A DNA stretch of 64,000 bases from Rhina ancylostomus (taxonomy: Eukaryota). How positions within the stretch are numbered: position 1 is the stretch's first letter; each line of letters opens with the position of its first letter. The position numbers and the translations under genes were made by a program. Below the pieces are notes generated by a model. It did not search any database and was not told where the DNA came from. It was given only the letters and a program-made list of their open reading frames with translations. Where the stretch lies: contig JARFYF010000052.1 of assembly GCA_030265395.1 (NCBI GenBank), positions 52,306,865 through 52,370,864 on the forward strand, written 5' to 3'. Positions 21,961 through 34,750 of the stretch are shown here, one piece after another.

Positions 21961-24900
21961 CAACTGGTTTGGAATAAAAGTGAATCCAATTAACTGATAT
22001 TTTACAGACATTCCCTGCAAAGTATATTTTCTGAGTTGCCACCGCCAGTTTGCGAATGACTGTCTTAAAAGGGAGTTTGAAAGAAAGTTACAAAATATGT
22101 TAAATTGTGGCAGTCACATACTAACAGTTTTCTGGGAACTACCCGGTTGTCACTCCTCGAAGATACCTCAAACTTGCTGGACCAGGATGAGACACTCAGT
22201 GGAAGACTTAATTACTTGCGTTTATGCCGTTTATTCAGACAACGCCATCCTGCGGCTTCGGGAATTACGACAAAAAAGGGGAAATCAATACAAAATTCGA
22301 GCAGGCAAGCAGAAAATCCCCGTAAATATTTCAGTGTGTTTTGAAATTTTTATAAGTAATAACTATATACAAAGAGAATGAAATAGTAATTACCTTATCT
22401 AAATGTAAAAAGGGTTCCTTGTTGCAATAACAAAACCTGCCTGATTTTATTGCCCAATAAATCTGTTTTGAAACATTGCTGATTCTCACAGAATTAACAC
22501 CAGTTTCCCACTGCAGTGATATATTCTGTTTTCCATACAACAATGATGGCATTACTGTAATTGTTATAATTTTCCTTCCCTGTAGAAAGTTTCATTATTT
22601 TAAATTATTTACAAAAAAACTTCAGAGTTCTTATTTGCCAGTACAAAGTAAATTGTTCTTCACTAATTCAAAGATAGTAACAGTTTTCTTATTTGAATGA
22701 GCTTGAAAGTCAGGGAATATGTAACATAGAATGGTCCATGTTAGACCATTATTGTTTTTCTTATCTGTTGGAACTGTGACATATATATCAGAACAATAAA
22801 ATGCAATGGTGTTCCTTGTAATTATTAAAGGCTCCAACAACAACAACACTACAACCAAAAGTGCTATTGAAAGATTTTCTCTTCTGGTTGCAATAGTCCA
22901 TGGGTGCATGTAATTTAAGGCTCGATAGCAGGAAGAGCACTTGGCATCACCAAATTGGGAATGGAGAAGTTAGTCAGAATTCTAACCACCATCAAATGAT
23001 AATTACTGAGAAATTTGCATGTTCAGATTTGGGGTGGGTTGATGGTGAAGAGTCATACGTAGTATTGGAAACTATGGTGTTGCTGTAAATTATGAACTTT
23101 CAGATATAGACTTTTTACCTTGTTTCACCTAATTCTGAGTTAGTTGAGCACACTGAAGTGGAAAATAGAGCAGAAATTCATTGCAAAAGTGAAGCTCCCC
23201 AGTCAAGCATTCAGTGTCATTTATGCAAAAAAATGGGAAGAGCAAACAATTTTGCAGTGGGTAATTGTGAATAAAACTGAACTGATTTGTTAACATTGTA
23301 TGCTCCATTTGCCATCATTTTCTGCCTCATTTACACCGAGTGTAAGTTACACAAGTGTGGAACAGGTGTTTGGATTTGCTAGCCCTTAACCTGCAGATGG
23401 AAGTAGGTTTGAATTAGAAAAAGCAACTGTAGTCTAATCAATAGCGGAAGGTAACCTGTTTCTGCTGTGAGGCATTAATACTCCCCATCTGATAAATTGA
23501 GATCTTTTTCCAATGCAACAGTCAACAAGAACAATTATATCTACTTTTCTGCCTTGCATAACATCAATTTTGCTATCATCTTATTTGAAATTAATATGTC
23601 CTTTGTATGCTTTGTTCTCTTTGTATAACTGTCTGCATTATGCAACCGTAATGTTCTGTCTCTGAGTGCAACATAACTATGGCTGACTAATGTATGTGGA
23701 AGACGGACTTCAGAGCTTGAGTCACTAAGACAATTATTAATGCAATTTGTTGTTATTATTGTCTGACCTAACTTCATGGGTTCTCAATTATAACCTGGAC
23801 CACCTCCTTCCAATGTCCTAAGTTGCTGTAATTTTGTCCCTCTGCCTATATTTCAAACAGGACCTCCTTGCTTACTCTACTTGAACATGGGGTCTGTGCC
23901 CTGCAGCAGACCTTTCAATCTATCTGAAGCTATTTGTTCAATAAAGGGAGAAAAGCTATTGTATACAATTGTCTATTAAACTGCTCCAGGTATCTAAATA
24001 CAGTTGTTGAATCATCATGCCCACTCAAATCATGGGCATCTCCAATGCTCACAACTTACTTACATTATCTAAATGGGGTAAACCAAGAAATAACAGGTAA
24101 ATAGGCATTCATTGCGTCAGGTAGTAGCAAGAACAAAAATCCTTAGGAAATGTAGATTAAGCATTCAGGAGAATAGCATCCATTTGAATGGAGTATGGGT
24201 ATAGCTATTATTGATGGCCTCAGCGGATTTAAATAACAACAAGTGTCAAAAGAACGGACACATTTCATAATTTTGTGGAAGTAAACCAGGTTTAGTTAGA
24301 TATACAGAGCTTATGAGATTAGTAAATTATTCTGTCTGTTGCTGAGGTTTCTCAGTGGAGCAATAATTCTGAAGCCCTTACTTAAATGCAACGTTGCATG
24401 TTAAATGTAGCATGGGAGATAGTGGCCCAGAAGAGAGGCTTCCTGGGTTTAAACGCAGCTGAGAGGACAGAGGGCACGTTGGTTTAAAGGCGGCTATGGT
24501 AGTAACTGAACTCATAATCAGTGGGTTGATAATATGAGCACTGGGGGACCATAATCAGCCAACATCTTTGAGGCTTTTTGGGAGACAGCACAAGCTCTGT
24601 AGCTGCACCTGCAAAATTGGGAAAGGCCAGGGTGGGGTGATGGCCAAGGAAAGAAAGTGGAAAGGGTCTAAGAGGGAATGTGGTGAGTAAAAGAGGAGAA
24701 AACTGAGAGAGAATGGGACTTGCTCTCCCCCCCCACCCAACATTCCAGGCTGCCTCTCCCACTGTGGCATGGTGGGCTTACTCCCAGCCCCACTGGCCAC
24801 AGCATTCCCCCTCGGGGGTCACCATAACACGCAACCTCCAAGTATATGCAGCCTATTCCCTTAGTTTAAACCTGTAAGTCTTGATGTAATTCTAGTCATC

Positions 24901-26399
24901 ATTGTACTTCTTTTGAGGCCACTCACTCTTCATAAAGTACAAAGCCCAAAACCAAACACAGTGGTTCAGATAAAGTGTAGCCAAGGCTCTATACAAGCAT
25001 CATTTGAAGTATTACTTCTTCACTTTGTACCATAATCTCCTTAAGATAAAGGCCACCATATCATTAACATTTTTGAATACATTTGTACCTGTTTACTAGT
25101 CTATAGTGGTTTTTATCCATGGACAAATCCTTTGTTCCTCCCTGAATCTTAGTTTTAACACTATTAAGAAAACATTCAGATTTGTCTTTCTTGGAACTAA
25201 ATTTCAATTACTTCACATTTAAGTAAATGGATGACCTCACATTTGAATCTACACACTAACAGAATAAACAATTAAAATCTGTTAAGACTCACTTAAGTGT
25301 ATTTGTTTTGCAAGGCAGCTCTGTTGGTCAATGCATTTATCACAGTCATTTTGCAAAAAATACACCCTCCATTCTCTACCCCTCGACCTATGCCTGAAGA
25401 CAATGGGTCCTGCTGAATACAGCTGGAAACCAATTGGGCTTTATATTTTCTTGAACTAAACAGTGAGAGTGGCAACAAATTAAATTATTTATATTTATCT
25501 TGTACTTTTAATTATTAAATAATCAAAAATTATCCACTAATGCAGAAACTAGCAAAGAAGAATTATGGAATTTATGGTTGAAGCAATTAATACAGTGCAA
25601 GATTAGCCACAATATTCTAATTAGCAGGTTTGAATCCTTTTTTCCAGCCACCTTCTCTCGGCTTGAAATAGTCAAGTTTTCCTTTGTTAAATCAGACTTC
25701 CCAGCTTGCTAATTTGAGTGTACATGTGAAAAAGCTATCTTTCTGGCTTTGACCCAACTGTGTGCAGAAAAATAAAAAAAAGTAACAAATCAACATAGCA
25801 GGCAATAAGATATGTTTTAATGCCAGATGTACTAAATATGTAATTTCAAAATTCACTACTAGTTAGGCCTGTTAATAATATCATGAACCTCCATTCCCAC
25901 TATCTTTATTTATTTACTTTTTTCACATAAATGTCATAAGATCAAATTTTTCTTCCATACCTTAGACTTTTGGTAGTGATGTGAATTCTGTGTGGATGAA
26001 TTTCCATTACCCGAACTGCCAAAATGTGGGGGTCACCTGTATTCACAAAAATATAGGCCTGTGATAAGACAATTGGATTTCATTACATTTTTTAATGGGA
26101 CATTACATCATGTAAACAGGGACATCTGGCATTAAAACAAACCTCAATCTACCTGCATTGTTTTGTATTAAAACATATTTATATTCAATTTATTCTCAAA
26201 TATTAAATGTAAAAGCAAAAATTAGATGTGCCGGTGATTAGAAAGGCTAGAAAAGTGAATTAATTAATTTGCTTAAAGATCCAAATCACTTTGTTTATTA
26301 AGTATTTACTTTTTAATGTTCAACAGTCAGGCACCATCCTGCATTATATTTGTTCCAGCTCTTCATCTGGAGCTGTCTACTGAAATACAATTTATCTTC

Positions 26400-28240
26400 A
26401 CAACCTCATCTATTAGAACTCCTTGAAGAAGTAACATGTGCTCTAAATAAAGGATAGCCAGTGAATATACCAAGTTTCCCAGAAGTCATTTGATGAGATG
26501 CTGCTTCAAAGGTTATTGTGGAAAACAAAAGCTCATGGTTCAGCAGCATGGGTAGAAGATTGGCTGGCTAACAGGAAACAGTAAGCATCAGTAGGCCATT
26601 TTCTGGTTGGACAGATGTAATAAGTGGTATGCCACAGGAATTGATACTGGGGCCTCAATTTTCTACAATATATGTTAATAACTAAGATAAAGGGACCAAC
26701 GATATGGTTGCTAACTTTTTGATGAGACAAAGATCGGTAGGGGAATAAATTATGAAGATCTGGTACAAAGAGTATTATGAGGTAATGGATGTCAATGGAT
26801 AAGGTAAAATGGTTCATTATGGCAGTAAAAATAAAAAAAACACTATCTANNNNNNNNNNNNNNNNNNNNNNNNNNNNNNNNNNNNNNNNNNNNNNNNNNN
26901 NNNNNNNNNNNNNNNNNNNNNNNNNNNNNNNNNNNNNNNNNNNNNNNNNAAAAAACACTATCTAAATGGTGTGAAATTGCAGAGCTCTGAAATACAGAGG
27001 GATCTGCTTATCCTGGTGTTACATGGGGTCCTGGTCAAACCACAGCTGGAATATTGCATACAGTTTTGGCTTTTTTACACAAAAAATATTATACATTAAT
27101 AGAATGAGTGCAGAAAGATTCACTAGACTGGTTCCAGTGACCAAACGAGGGAAGATTGTGTAGACTGAGACTGCATTCACTAGAATTTAGAAAAACAAGA
27201 GGAGATCTCATCAAAACTTTCAAAATTCATAAGGGCTTGACCGGCTGGATGCAACGATGATATTTTCTTTGGCTGTGGCGTCTAGAACCAGCATCTCAGA
27301 GTAAGAGTTGGGCAACTTAGGACTGAAGTGAGAGCGTTTTTTTCATATAGATGGTGCTGAATCTTTGGAATTCTATGCTGCAGAAGGTTGTGGAAGCTGA
27401 ATTGAGTTTATAGATTGATAGATTTCTGGATTTTAAGAGAATCAAGTGATGTGGGGATAGTGATGGTGGTGAGGTAGATCAGCCATGACCTGCATGAAAG
27501 CTGGATCCAGCTTGAAGGGTAAATGGCCTACTCTTGCTCTAGTTTCTTACACTTTATTTTCTTATGTTAAGCATAATTTGCAAAAAGCTGTATGCAGGTA
27601 CTGCAAGTCATTAGGAAAACTAATAGAATGTTATTATTTATTGCTGGGGAATTGAATACAAATGTATGAAGATTATGCTTCAATTATAAAGAGCATTGTG
27701 GAGACCACATCTGGAATACTGAGTACAGTTTTGGTCTCCTTATTTAAGGAAGGATGTCAATGGATTGGAAGTGGTTCTAGGAAGATTAACTACACTAATA
27801 CATGGAATAGATGGATTAGCTTATGAGGAAAAGGAGGGACAGGCTAATGTTTTATCCACTGAAGGTTTGAAAAGTGAGGGGGACTTCACTGAAGCATGCA
27901 AAACCCGGAGTGTTCTTGACAGGGTGAATGTGGAGACAAAATTTCATTTTGTGAAAGATCTAGAATTAGGGGGTCACTGTTTCAAAATAAGGGTTTTAAG
28001 ACAGAGGTGAGGTGAAAATTTTCTTTCAGATGTTTGTGAGTCTTTTAAACCCTCAAAGGGCAGTGGAAGCAGAGTCTTTGAAGGCAGAGGTAGATAGATA
28101 CTTTCGAAAGAAGTTGAGTGAAAGTCTGCCATGGATGGATGGGAATGCAGAATTGAGGTGACATTCAGATCATCCATGAACTTATTTTATCATGGAGCAG
28201 ACTTGAAGGGCTGTGGCTATTCCTCTTCCAAATTCATATT
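26400..28240 (+). mobile_element. Cluster of nested/tandem decayed CR1 LINE fragments
   Basis: LVKPQLEYCIQFW at ~27030 and RPHLEY*VQFWSPYLRKD at ~27700, plus two CR1 3' tails (ggcctactcttgctc at ~27530; ggctattcctcttcc at ~28220). Confidence 0.8.
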
Positions 28241-30139
28241 TTTGTATACTCTTTTCTCCCCCAAACATTTTCCACATATGTACAATTTTAAAGTATTCTA
28301 GAGTCTGTCTTAATGGTTTTTGTAGCAAAGCATTCCATTTCTTTTAATCCTGTGTAAGCTCTATGAAAACCTTCCACAACTTTGGAAGTTCTGTTAAATT
28401 TGCCTGATAATTCAATGTTGGCAGAAAAATATTTTTCTGCATTTCTTCCTTATTATAACCTTCTCATAATGGCATGATTCTGATGAATTTTATTGTGCCT
28501 TTTTTGCATTACTTTAATAATAGTTGTACACGACCAACATGGTTTTTGTTTTTTACAAATTCAACATTCCCCCCTTGTATTCATTGGCTCTACGCATAAA
28601 ATACAATAGCTAGAAATTCATATTTGCTATAAAGTAGTGGCTATGCATTCATCTCCATGCTAAGATTCATTTTCATTGGGCCAGAACCTGTTTCTTATGC
28701 TCCCCACTAATGTACTTGCAAGTTCAGAGGTATCTTTTGTGGATCCACCACTGTAAAGTTGCTCGCAGAAGACGTCCTGATCCAAAATCACAAGGTCTTG
28801 TGCAGCAGCAAGGCAAGCCCAGCCATTGAAATGGGTGAAAACTTTTAACAGCAGGCTAAACAATAGCCCCATCTTAGCCAACTGTCAAACTTGTCAAATG
28901 TTTCGAATGTTTTTGAACATCATTGAAGCCCAGGAACATACAAAGTTTAAAAAAATAAATTAGTAAAATAATTTGTTAAAAATATAAATAAAATTAAACA
29001 CTACAAATAAGTATTTAAATAAGTAAACATTTATGTGAACCCAATTCAAAGAGTATAAATTACCTTAAGTTCATCCTTGTTCCTTGGTATTTCCATTCAA
29101 GTGAAAGGGCTGGTTGTGACCCACTTTGGGTTCAGTGAGCAGACTCCCAGGCCTAAGTGCTGGCGGTTTGCAGCCTGCTTGCTTCCCACCAGTGGATTTC
29201 AGAGAGGCCAAAACTAGAAATGCACAGGTGGAGCTCAGCCAGTAAGTCCAAGTTACCTGCGTTTGTCTGGGATTCCTGAACTTCCTTTACACCAAGTAAA
29301 TGCCAATCGTTCAGAATGGAAGTGGTGGCATTTCCCTCCAAGCTCTGACAAAATTAAATGAATGGAACTGAATTTCTGAAATGGACTAAAATACCTAGTC
29401 ACTGCTAAATGCCACATTTGGTATTACCCAGCAGGGATGACTTTCTAGAGTAATAGATTATTCTTATGTTGTTTTTTGGGTACTTCAAAGGTATGTGGGA
29501 GAAATTTTGAGGCTATCTGCTAGGCAATAGTGTTCTTTAAATAGTGGCTATTTGCCAGATCCCTGCTGACATCGTAACTAACACCATCTTGCTAGGGGCC
29601 TGCATCTAAGCAGCCAATCACTCATCTTGGTCCTTTTAATATGCAAACCATGATCATCTGTGGCACAAAGGCTCAATTGGGCAGAGCATATGATGTGCAC
29701 ATAACATCTATTTTTTGCTGCCAATCCAGTTTCTGGAGGTCTTTTTTTCAGTAGAAGGCACGGAAAGAAAAAAATAATAAGTGATAATCGAGCTATAGTA
29801 AGAGAGAACATAATGACAAAGACTAATGGAATGCTGGCTTTTATTGCAAGGGACATGGAGTGTAAAAATAAGGAGGTTCTGATGCAGGGTGCAGTGCAGT
29901 GGAATTGATATGGTCATACCTGGTTTAATTATGGAGACAGTGCTTTGAATTTTATACTGCCTTCCTCCCTTTAAATAAGCCATGAAAATTTGGCAAAGAT
30001 ATGTGTAAGTAATAATATAATTTATATAAAAATATATGTTAGTAACAACTTGGTGCTATCTTAATTCTAATTACATTCCATGCTGTAAACTAAGGTGCAT
30101 CATGGTAGATGAATGCAGCAGCAATTTGTGTTGTTTAGG

Positions 30140-30455
30140 AGAGCACAGTAGTGTAGGCAGGTGGTGCTGCTGCCTCCAATAGCTCCAGCAAGCAGGGCTC
30201 GGTCTTGACTGAGTGTGGGGAGTTTACACATTCTCCCTGTAACTGTGTGGATTGCTCCCAGGATGGTCCAGTTTCATCCTACAGATGTGCTGTCTGCTAG
30301 ATTAATCAGTTACTGTAAATTACAGTAGTCTAGCTGTGTGATTGGAGGATTCGGGTGGAGTTGATGCACATCTGAGAGGGAATAAATTACAGGGACTAAA
30401 GGGATTGGTCTGAGAGCTGGCATAGACCCTTTGGCATAGTTGAATGTGTCCACAT
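30140..30455 (+). mobile_element. tRNA-derived SINE (HE1-like), decayed
   Basis: Head gcacagtagtgtaggcaggtggtgctgctgcctcc, then gtggggagtttacacattctccctgt and ctgtaaatt. Same family as 37025-37345. Confidence 0.65.
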
Positions 30456-32139
30456 CATAAAAAGCAACATAATTTTTTTGTAGTAATCCAAACAGAACAG
30501 AACTTAGACCATCATGCTTTTGAATAACTTGGTAGAACAAACAGAAATAAGTTTTCATACAAGTGTGATAATGAAAGGAGTTAAAGAAAATAAACAGTAT
30601 GCTAATATTTATGGTGTATTACATATGCCATGCAAATTAATGATTCCAGTAATGGATAATAAGTGCTTATTGAATAAGCAATAGCAGATTGATAGGTCAC
30701 AACTTTTAAGTTAGCTGAAATTTTCAGCTGTGATTCTCAGAAATTGTATATACAGAAGATGCCACCATGTGGACATTGTTAATGCAACACTGTTGAATTT
30801 AAGATATAAACACAGAAAAATCAAAAATGTATTTTACTCATGTTGAAACAGTTATAAATATTAACAGAGCTGTGTTAACATTTTACACATTTAACTAAGT
30901 CAAACTGCATAAATAATAGTGAAAATGTGAACCATAATAATAATGGAGGATCTGTTCTAAAGTCTTAAAAATATCCACATTTATAGGACTTTTATCCAAA
31001 TCTGCATCAGTTCCTATAATAACCTGTAGTACACAGTACAAGATACAAAGTAAAGAACTTCATTTTAAGAAATCATGAAGTAATTGAGTGGCTGGTAGAG
31101 TCAACAAAATGTCTAATTCATTCACAACATTTACAATCCATTACAAACTACAACACTGATATGTTAAAAAGCACAGTTTTATCATGGTGAAGTTTGACTT
31201 AAGAAAAACATAACACTCTAAAATTAGGGTAGAATATGGAAATTATATGGTTTTAACTTTCTCTCATTTTTATCACCCTGAAAATTGTTATGTTTGTATA
31301 ATCATTAATGATGATGTGGTTCATGAAGTAACTAGATTAAGTTAATTTTCTAATATCCTAATGAATTGCCATGAAGTACAGAAGGAGCACTTTAATCTAA
31401 AATTGAGCCAAATTAAATGCTTCAGATTTTGTTTGGGAGTGTTTACCCAGGGGCTTAACTGATGATTATATTGCATGACATTTGACATCATGCATTGGAA
31501 AGCCACTCTTTGGCACAACAGGAAGGGAAAACAAAATAAGCTTCTGACAGTGGCGACAGAAGTTCTTGATGGCTCGAACACTGCAATGACAACACTAACC
31601 TTCAGCCAGAGAATGTTTCCATATTTAGACCTGCAGTTTAGTTATACAGAGTCACTAATTACTACCCTTGAAATTTATTGTATGAATTTTTTCAGCAAGA
31701 AATCAAAAATTAAAAAAGAAACACAAAAAGGTGTACAACTATGATCAACAACACCATTGAGACCCAAAATGCTTCACAGAAAGGTTATCAATCAAAAATT
31801 GATGCCAATTCACATAAGGAGATATTAGGTCAGATGACCAAAGGATTGATCAAAGGGGACGGTTTTAACATATTAAAGGAGGATGTAGAGGTAAAGAAGC
31901 AGAACAGGTTTAGAGAGGGAGCTCCAGAGGGCAGAACACTCTGTGGCTGAAGGAGATTACAGGGAGAGTGAGGGGCAAGTCTGGGATTTGAAAAGAAGGG
32001 GATTTTAAATTNNNNNNNNNNNNNNNNNNNNNNNNNNNNNNNNNNNNNNNNNNNNNNNNNNNNNNNNNNNNNNTGATACCAGTTGTGATAAAGGTAGTCT
32101 AATTTTGGATGAATTCAAGATTACGGAAAATAGAATCAA

Positions 32140-33665
32140 AATAGAAGTGCTCATGAACTAGCTGCACTTCTAGCCAAGCTGTTCCACTTCAGTTACAACA
32201 ATGACATCAACCCCAACAATGTGGAAAATTGGCCAGGAATATCCTGTTAACACAAAGCAGGTCAAATCCAATCAGGCTAATTACCACCCAATTAGTCCAC
32301 TCTCATTTATCAGAAAAGTCATGAACAGTGCCATTAGATGGCACTTACACTCCAAAGCATATGAAAATACAAATTAGGAACAAGAAAATGTCATCTGGCC
32401 CCTCAAGTCTACCGCACCATTTATTAAGATCATGGCCGATCTGATCAATATCTGACCATATCAATCACAGTTTGGGTTTCACCAGGTCCACTCAGCTCCA
32501 GACTTGTTCAAAACATGGACCATAGAGTTGATTATTAAGGGTTAGACGAGATTGACTGCCCTTGATGTAGTGTGACATCAAGGAACTCGAATAAGACTGA
32601 AATCAGTGAACATCAATAGGGAAACACTCCATTGGTTGGAATCATATCTCACTCAAAGGAAGATAGTTTTGTTTGTTGAAGACAAATATCACCAGCCCCA
32701 GGATATTATTGTGATAGTCCTTCAGGGCAGTATCCTGGGGCCAACTATTTTTGGCTGCTTCATGAGTGACCTTCCTTCTATCATATGGTCAGAAATGGGA
32801 ATATTTGATGATGATTGCAGAATATCTAATTCCATTTAAAACTTCACAGCAAATCAAATAATGCACATCTGCATATAGCAAGATTTAGAAAATATTCATG
32901 CATGATAAGTAAAAAATCATATTTGTGCCACAAATGTGCTATTCAATGACCATCTCCAACGTGAGAGTCTAATTTGGCATTATGTTCAGCAGAGAGATGA
33001 GCCGAAGGGCCTGTTCCTGTGCTGTACTGTTTTATGTTCTATCTACTCTTGAGATTCAATGACATTACCATCACAGAATCCCCCAACATCAACATCCTGC
33101 AGGTCATCACTGACCAAAAACTGGGGTACCACATTAATACAATGGTTTCAAGAGCAAGTCAGAGACTGAGTATCCTGCCCCAAGTGATTCACCTCCTTAC
33201 ACCTAATATCACTCCCAACATTTATAAGGCACAAGTCAAGAGCAAGTGAAGAACATAATAGTCTTTCTTTCCCTGGATGAGTACAGATCCAACAACTCAC
33301 ATGAAGCTTGACACCATCCAGGACAAAGCAGCCTTATTGATTGACACCCCATCAATGACTCCAAACATTCATTCTCTCCACCATCAACACATATGGTTAC
33401 AGTGCATACCATATAAAAGTGCACTACAGTTACTCACCTTGGTTACTCTGGTAGCAGATCCTAAACTGTGACCTCTGTCACCAGAAGGAGAAGGGCAGCA
33501 GGCACATGGGAAACACCAGCACTGGTACATTCCCATCCAAGTCACATGCTGTCCCAATTTGGAAACGTCGCCATTCCTTCATCACCAATGGATTCAAGCT
33601 CTGGAACTCCCTACCCAGCTGTGCTGTGTGAGTACCTTCATCAAAAAGGCTGCAGTGGTTCAAGA
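32140..33665 (+). mobile_element. Decayed non-LTR retrotransposon ORF2 (CR1/L2-group RT), with small CR1-tail insertions
   Basis: Reads ELAALLAKLF...MWKIGQ...KSNQANYHPISPLSFIRKVM, then LHWLESYLTQRK...LQGSILGPTIFGCFMSDLP...IFDDDC and IYKAQV. Confidence 0.75.
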
Positions 33666-33669
33666 AAGT

Positions 33670-33846
33670 ATGACACAAAGGTTGGAGGTGGTGTGGATAG
33701 TATAGAAGGTTGTCATAGGTTACAATGGGATATAGATAGGATGCAGAGTTGGGCAGAGAAGTGGCAGATGGAGTTCAATCTGGAAAAGTGATAAGTGATG
33801 TACTTTGGAAGAACTTGAAGGCGGAGTACAAGGTTAATGTCAGGAT
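33670..33846 (+). mobile_element. CR1 LINE fragment running into an N-gap
   Basis: Reads DTKVGGGVDSIEGCHRLQWDIDRMQSWAEKWQMEFN. Confidence 0.85.
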
Positions 33847-34357
33847 NNNNNNNNNNNNNNNNNNNNNNNNNNNNNNNNNNNNNNNNNNNNNNNNNNNNNN
33901 NNNNNNNNNNNNNNNNNNNNNNNNNNNNNNNNNNNNNNNNNNNNNNNNNNNNNNNNNNNNNNNNNNNNNNNNNNNNNNNNNNNNNNNNNNNNNNNNNNNN
34001 NNNNNNNNNNNNNNNNNNNNNNNNNNNNNNNNNNNNNNNNNNNNNNNNNNNNNNNNNNNNNNNNNNNNNNNNNNNNNNNNNNNNNNNNNNNNNNNNNNNN
34101 NNNNNNNNNNNNNNNNNNNNNNNNNNNNNNNNNNNNNNNNNNNNNNNNNNNNNNNNNNNNNNNNNNNNNNNNNNNNNNNNNNNNNNNNNNNNNNNNNNNN
34201 NNNNNNNNNNNNNNNNNNNNNNNNNNNNNNNNNNNNNNNNNNNNNNNNNNNNNNNNNNNNNNNNNNNNNNNNNNNNNNNNNNNNNNNNNNNNNNNNNNNN
34301 NNNNNNNNNNNNNNNNNNNNNNNNNNNNNNNNNNNNNNNNNNNNNNNNNNNNNNNNN

Positions 34358-34750
34358 GCTGTCTTGATAAAGGAGCCAACATAATCAAATACCCCACCCA
34401 CCCCGGACATTCTCTCTTCTCCCTCCTTCCATTAGGCAGAAGATATAAAAGCCTGAAAGCACATACCACCAGGCTCAAGGACAGCTTTTATCCCATTCTT
34501 ATAAGACTATTGAACAGTGCCCTGGCACAATAAGATGAACTCTTGACCTCACAATCTACCTCGTTATGCCCTTGCCCCTCATTGTCTACCACTGCACTTT
34601 CACTGTAACTGTAATATTTTATTCTGCATTCTGTTATTGTTTTCCCTTGTACTACCCCAATGCACTGTTGTAATGAAATAATCTATATGAATGGCATGCA
34701 AAACAAAGTTTTTCACTGTACCTCGATACATGTGACAATAATAAACCAAT
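34358..34750 (+). mobile_element. Rex-Babar LINE 3' end
   Basis: HPGHSLFSLLPLGRRYKSLKAHTTRLKDSFYP followed by a 3'UTR ending gtgacaataataaaccaat. A related copy is at 46100-46385. Confidence 0.8.

Noticed and set aside
24430-24885. Possible MITE with degenerate terminal inverted repeats around GGTTTAAAC
   Set aside because: The match is short and centred on a self-palindromic 8-mer; no clear target-site duplication.
25293-25456. Exon-like segment on the minus strand (tttag|...|gtgagt)
   Set aside because: All three frames hit stops and none resembles CENP-K or another protein I recognise. It could be a lncRNA exon but is unsupported.
26835-26964. Direct repeat aaaaaacactatcta on both sides of a 100-N gap
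   Set aside because: Typical unmerged contig overlap at a fixed-size scaffold gap, not a target-site duplication.
33749-34478. ORFs over 200 aa here and at 44553-45285 and 54767-55597
   Set aside because: Produced by reading through N-runs within repeats.
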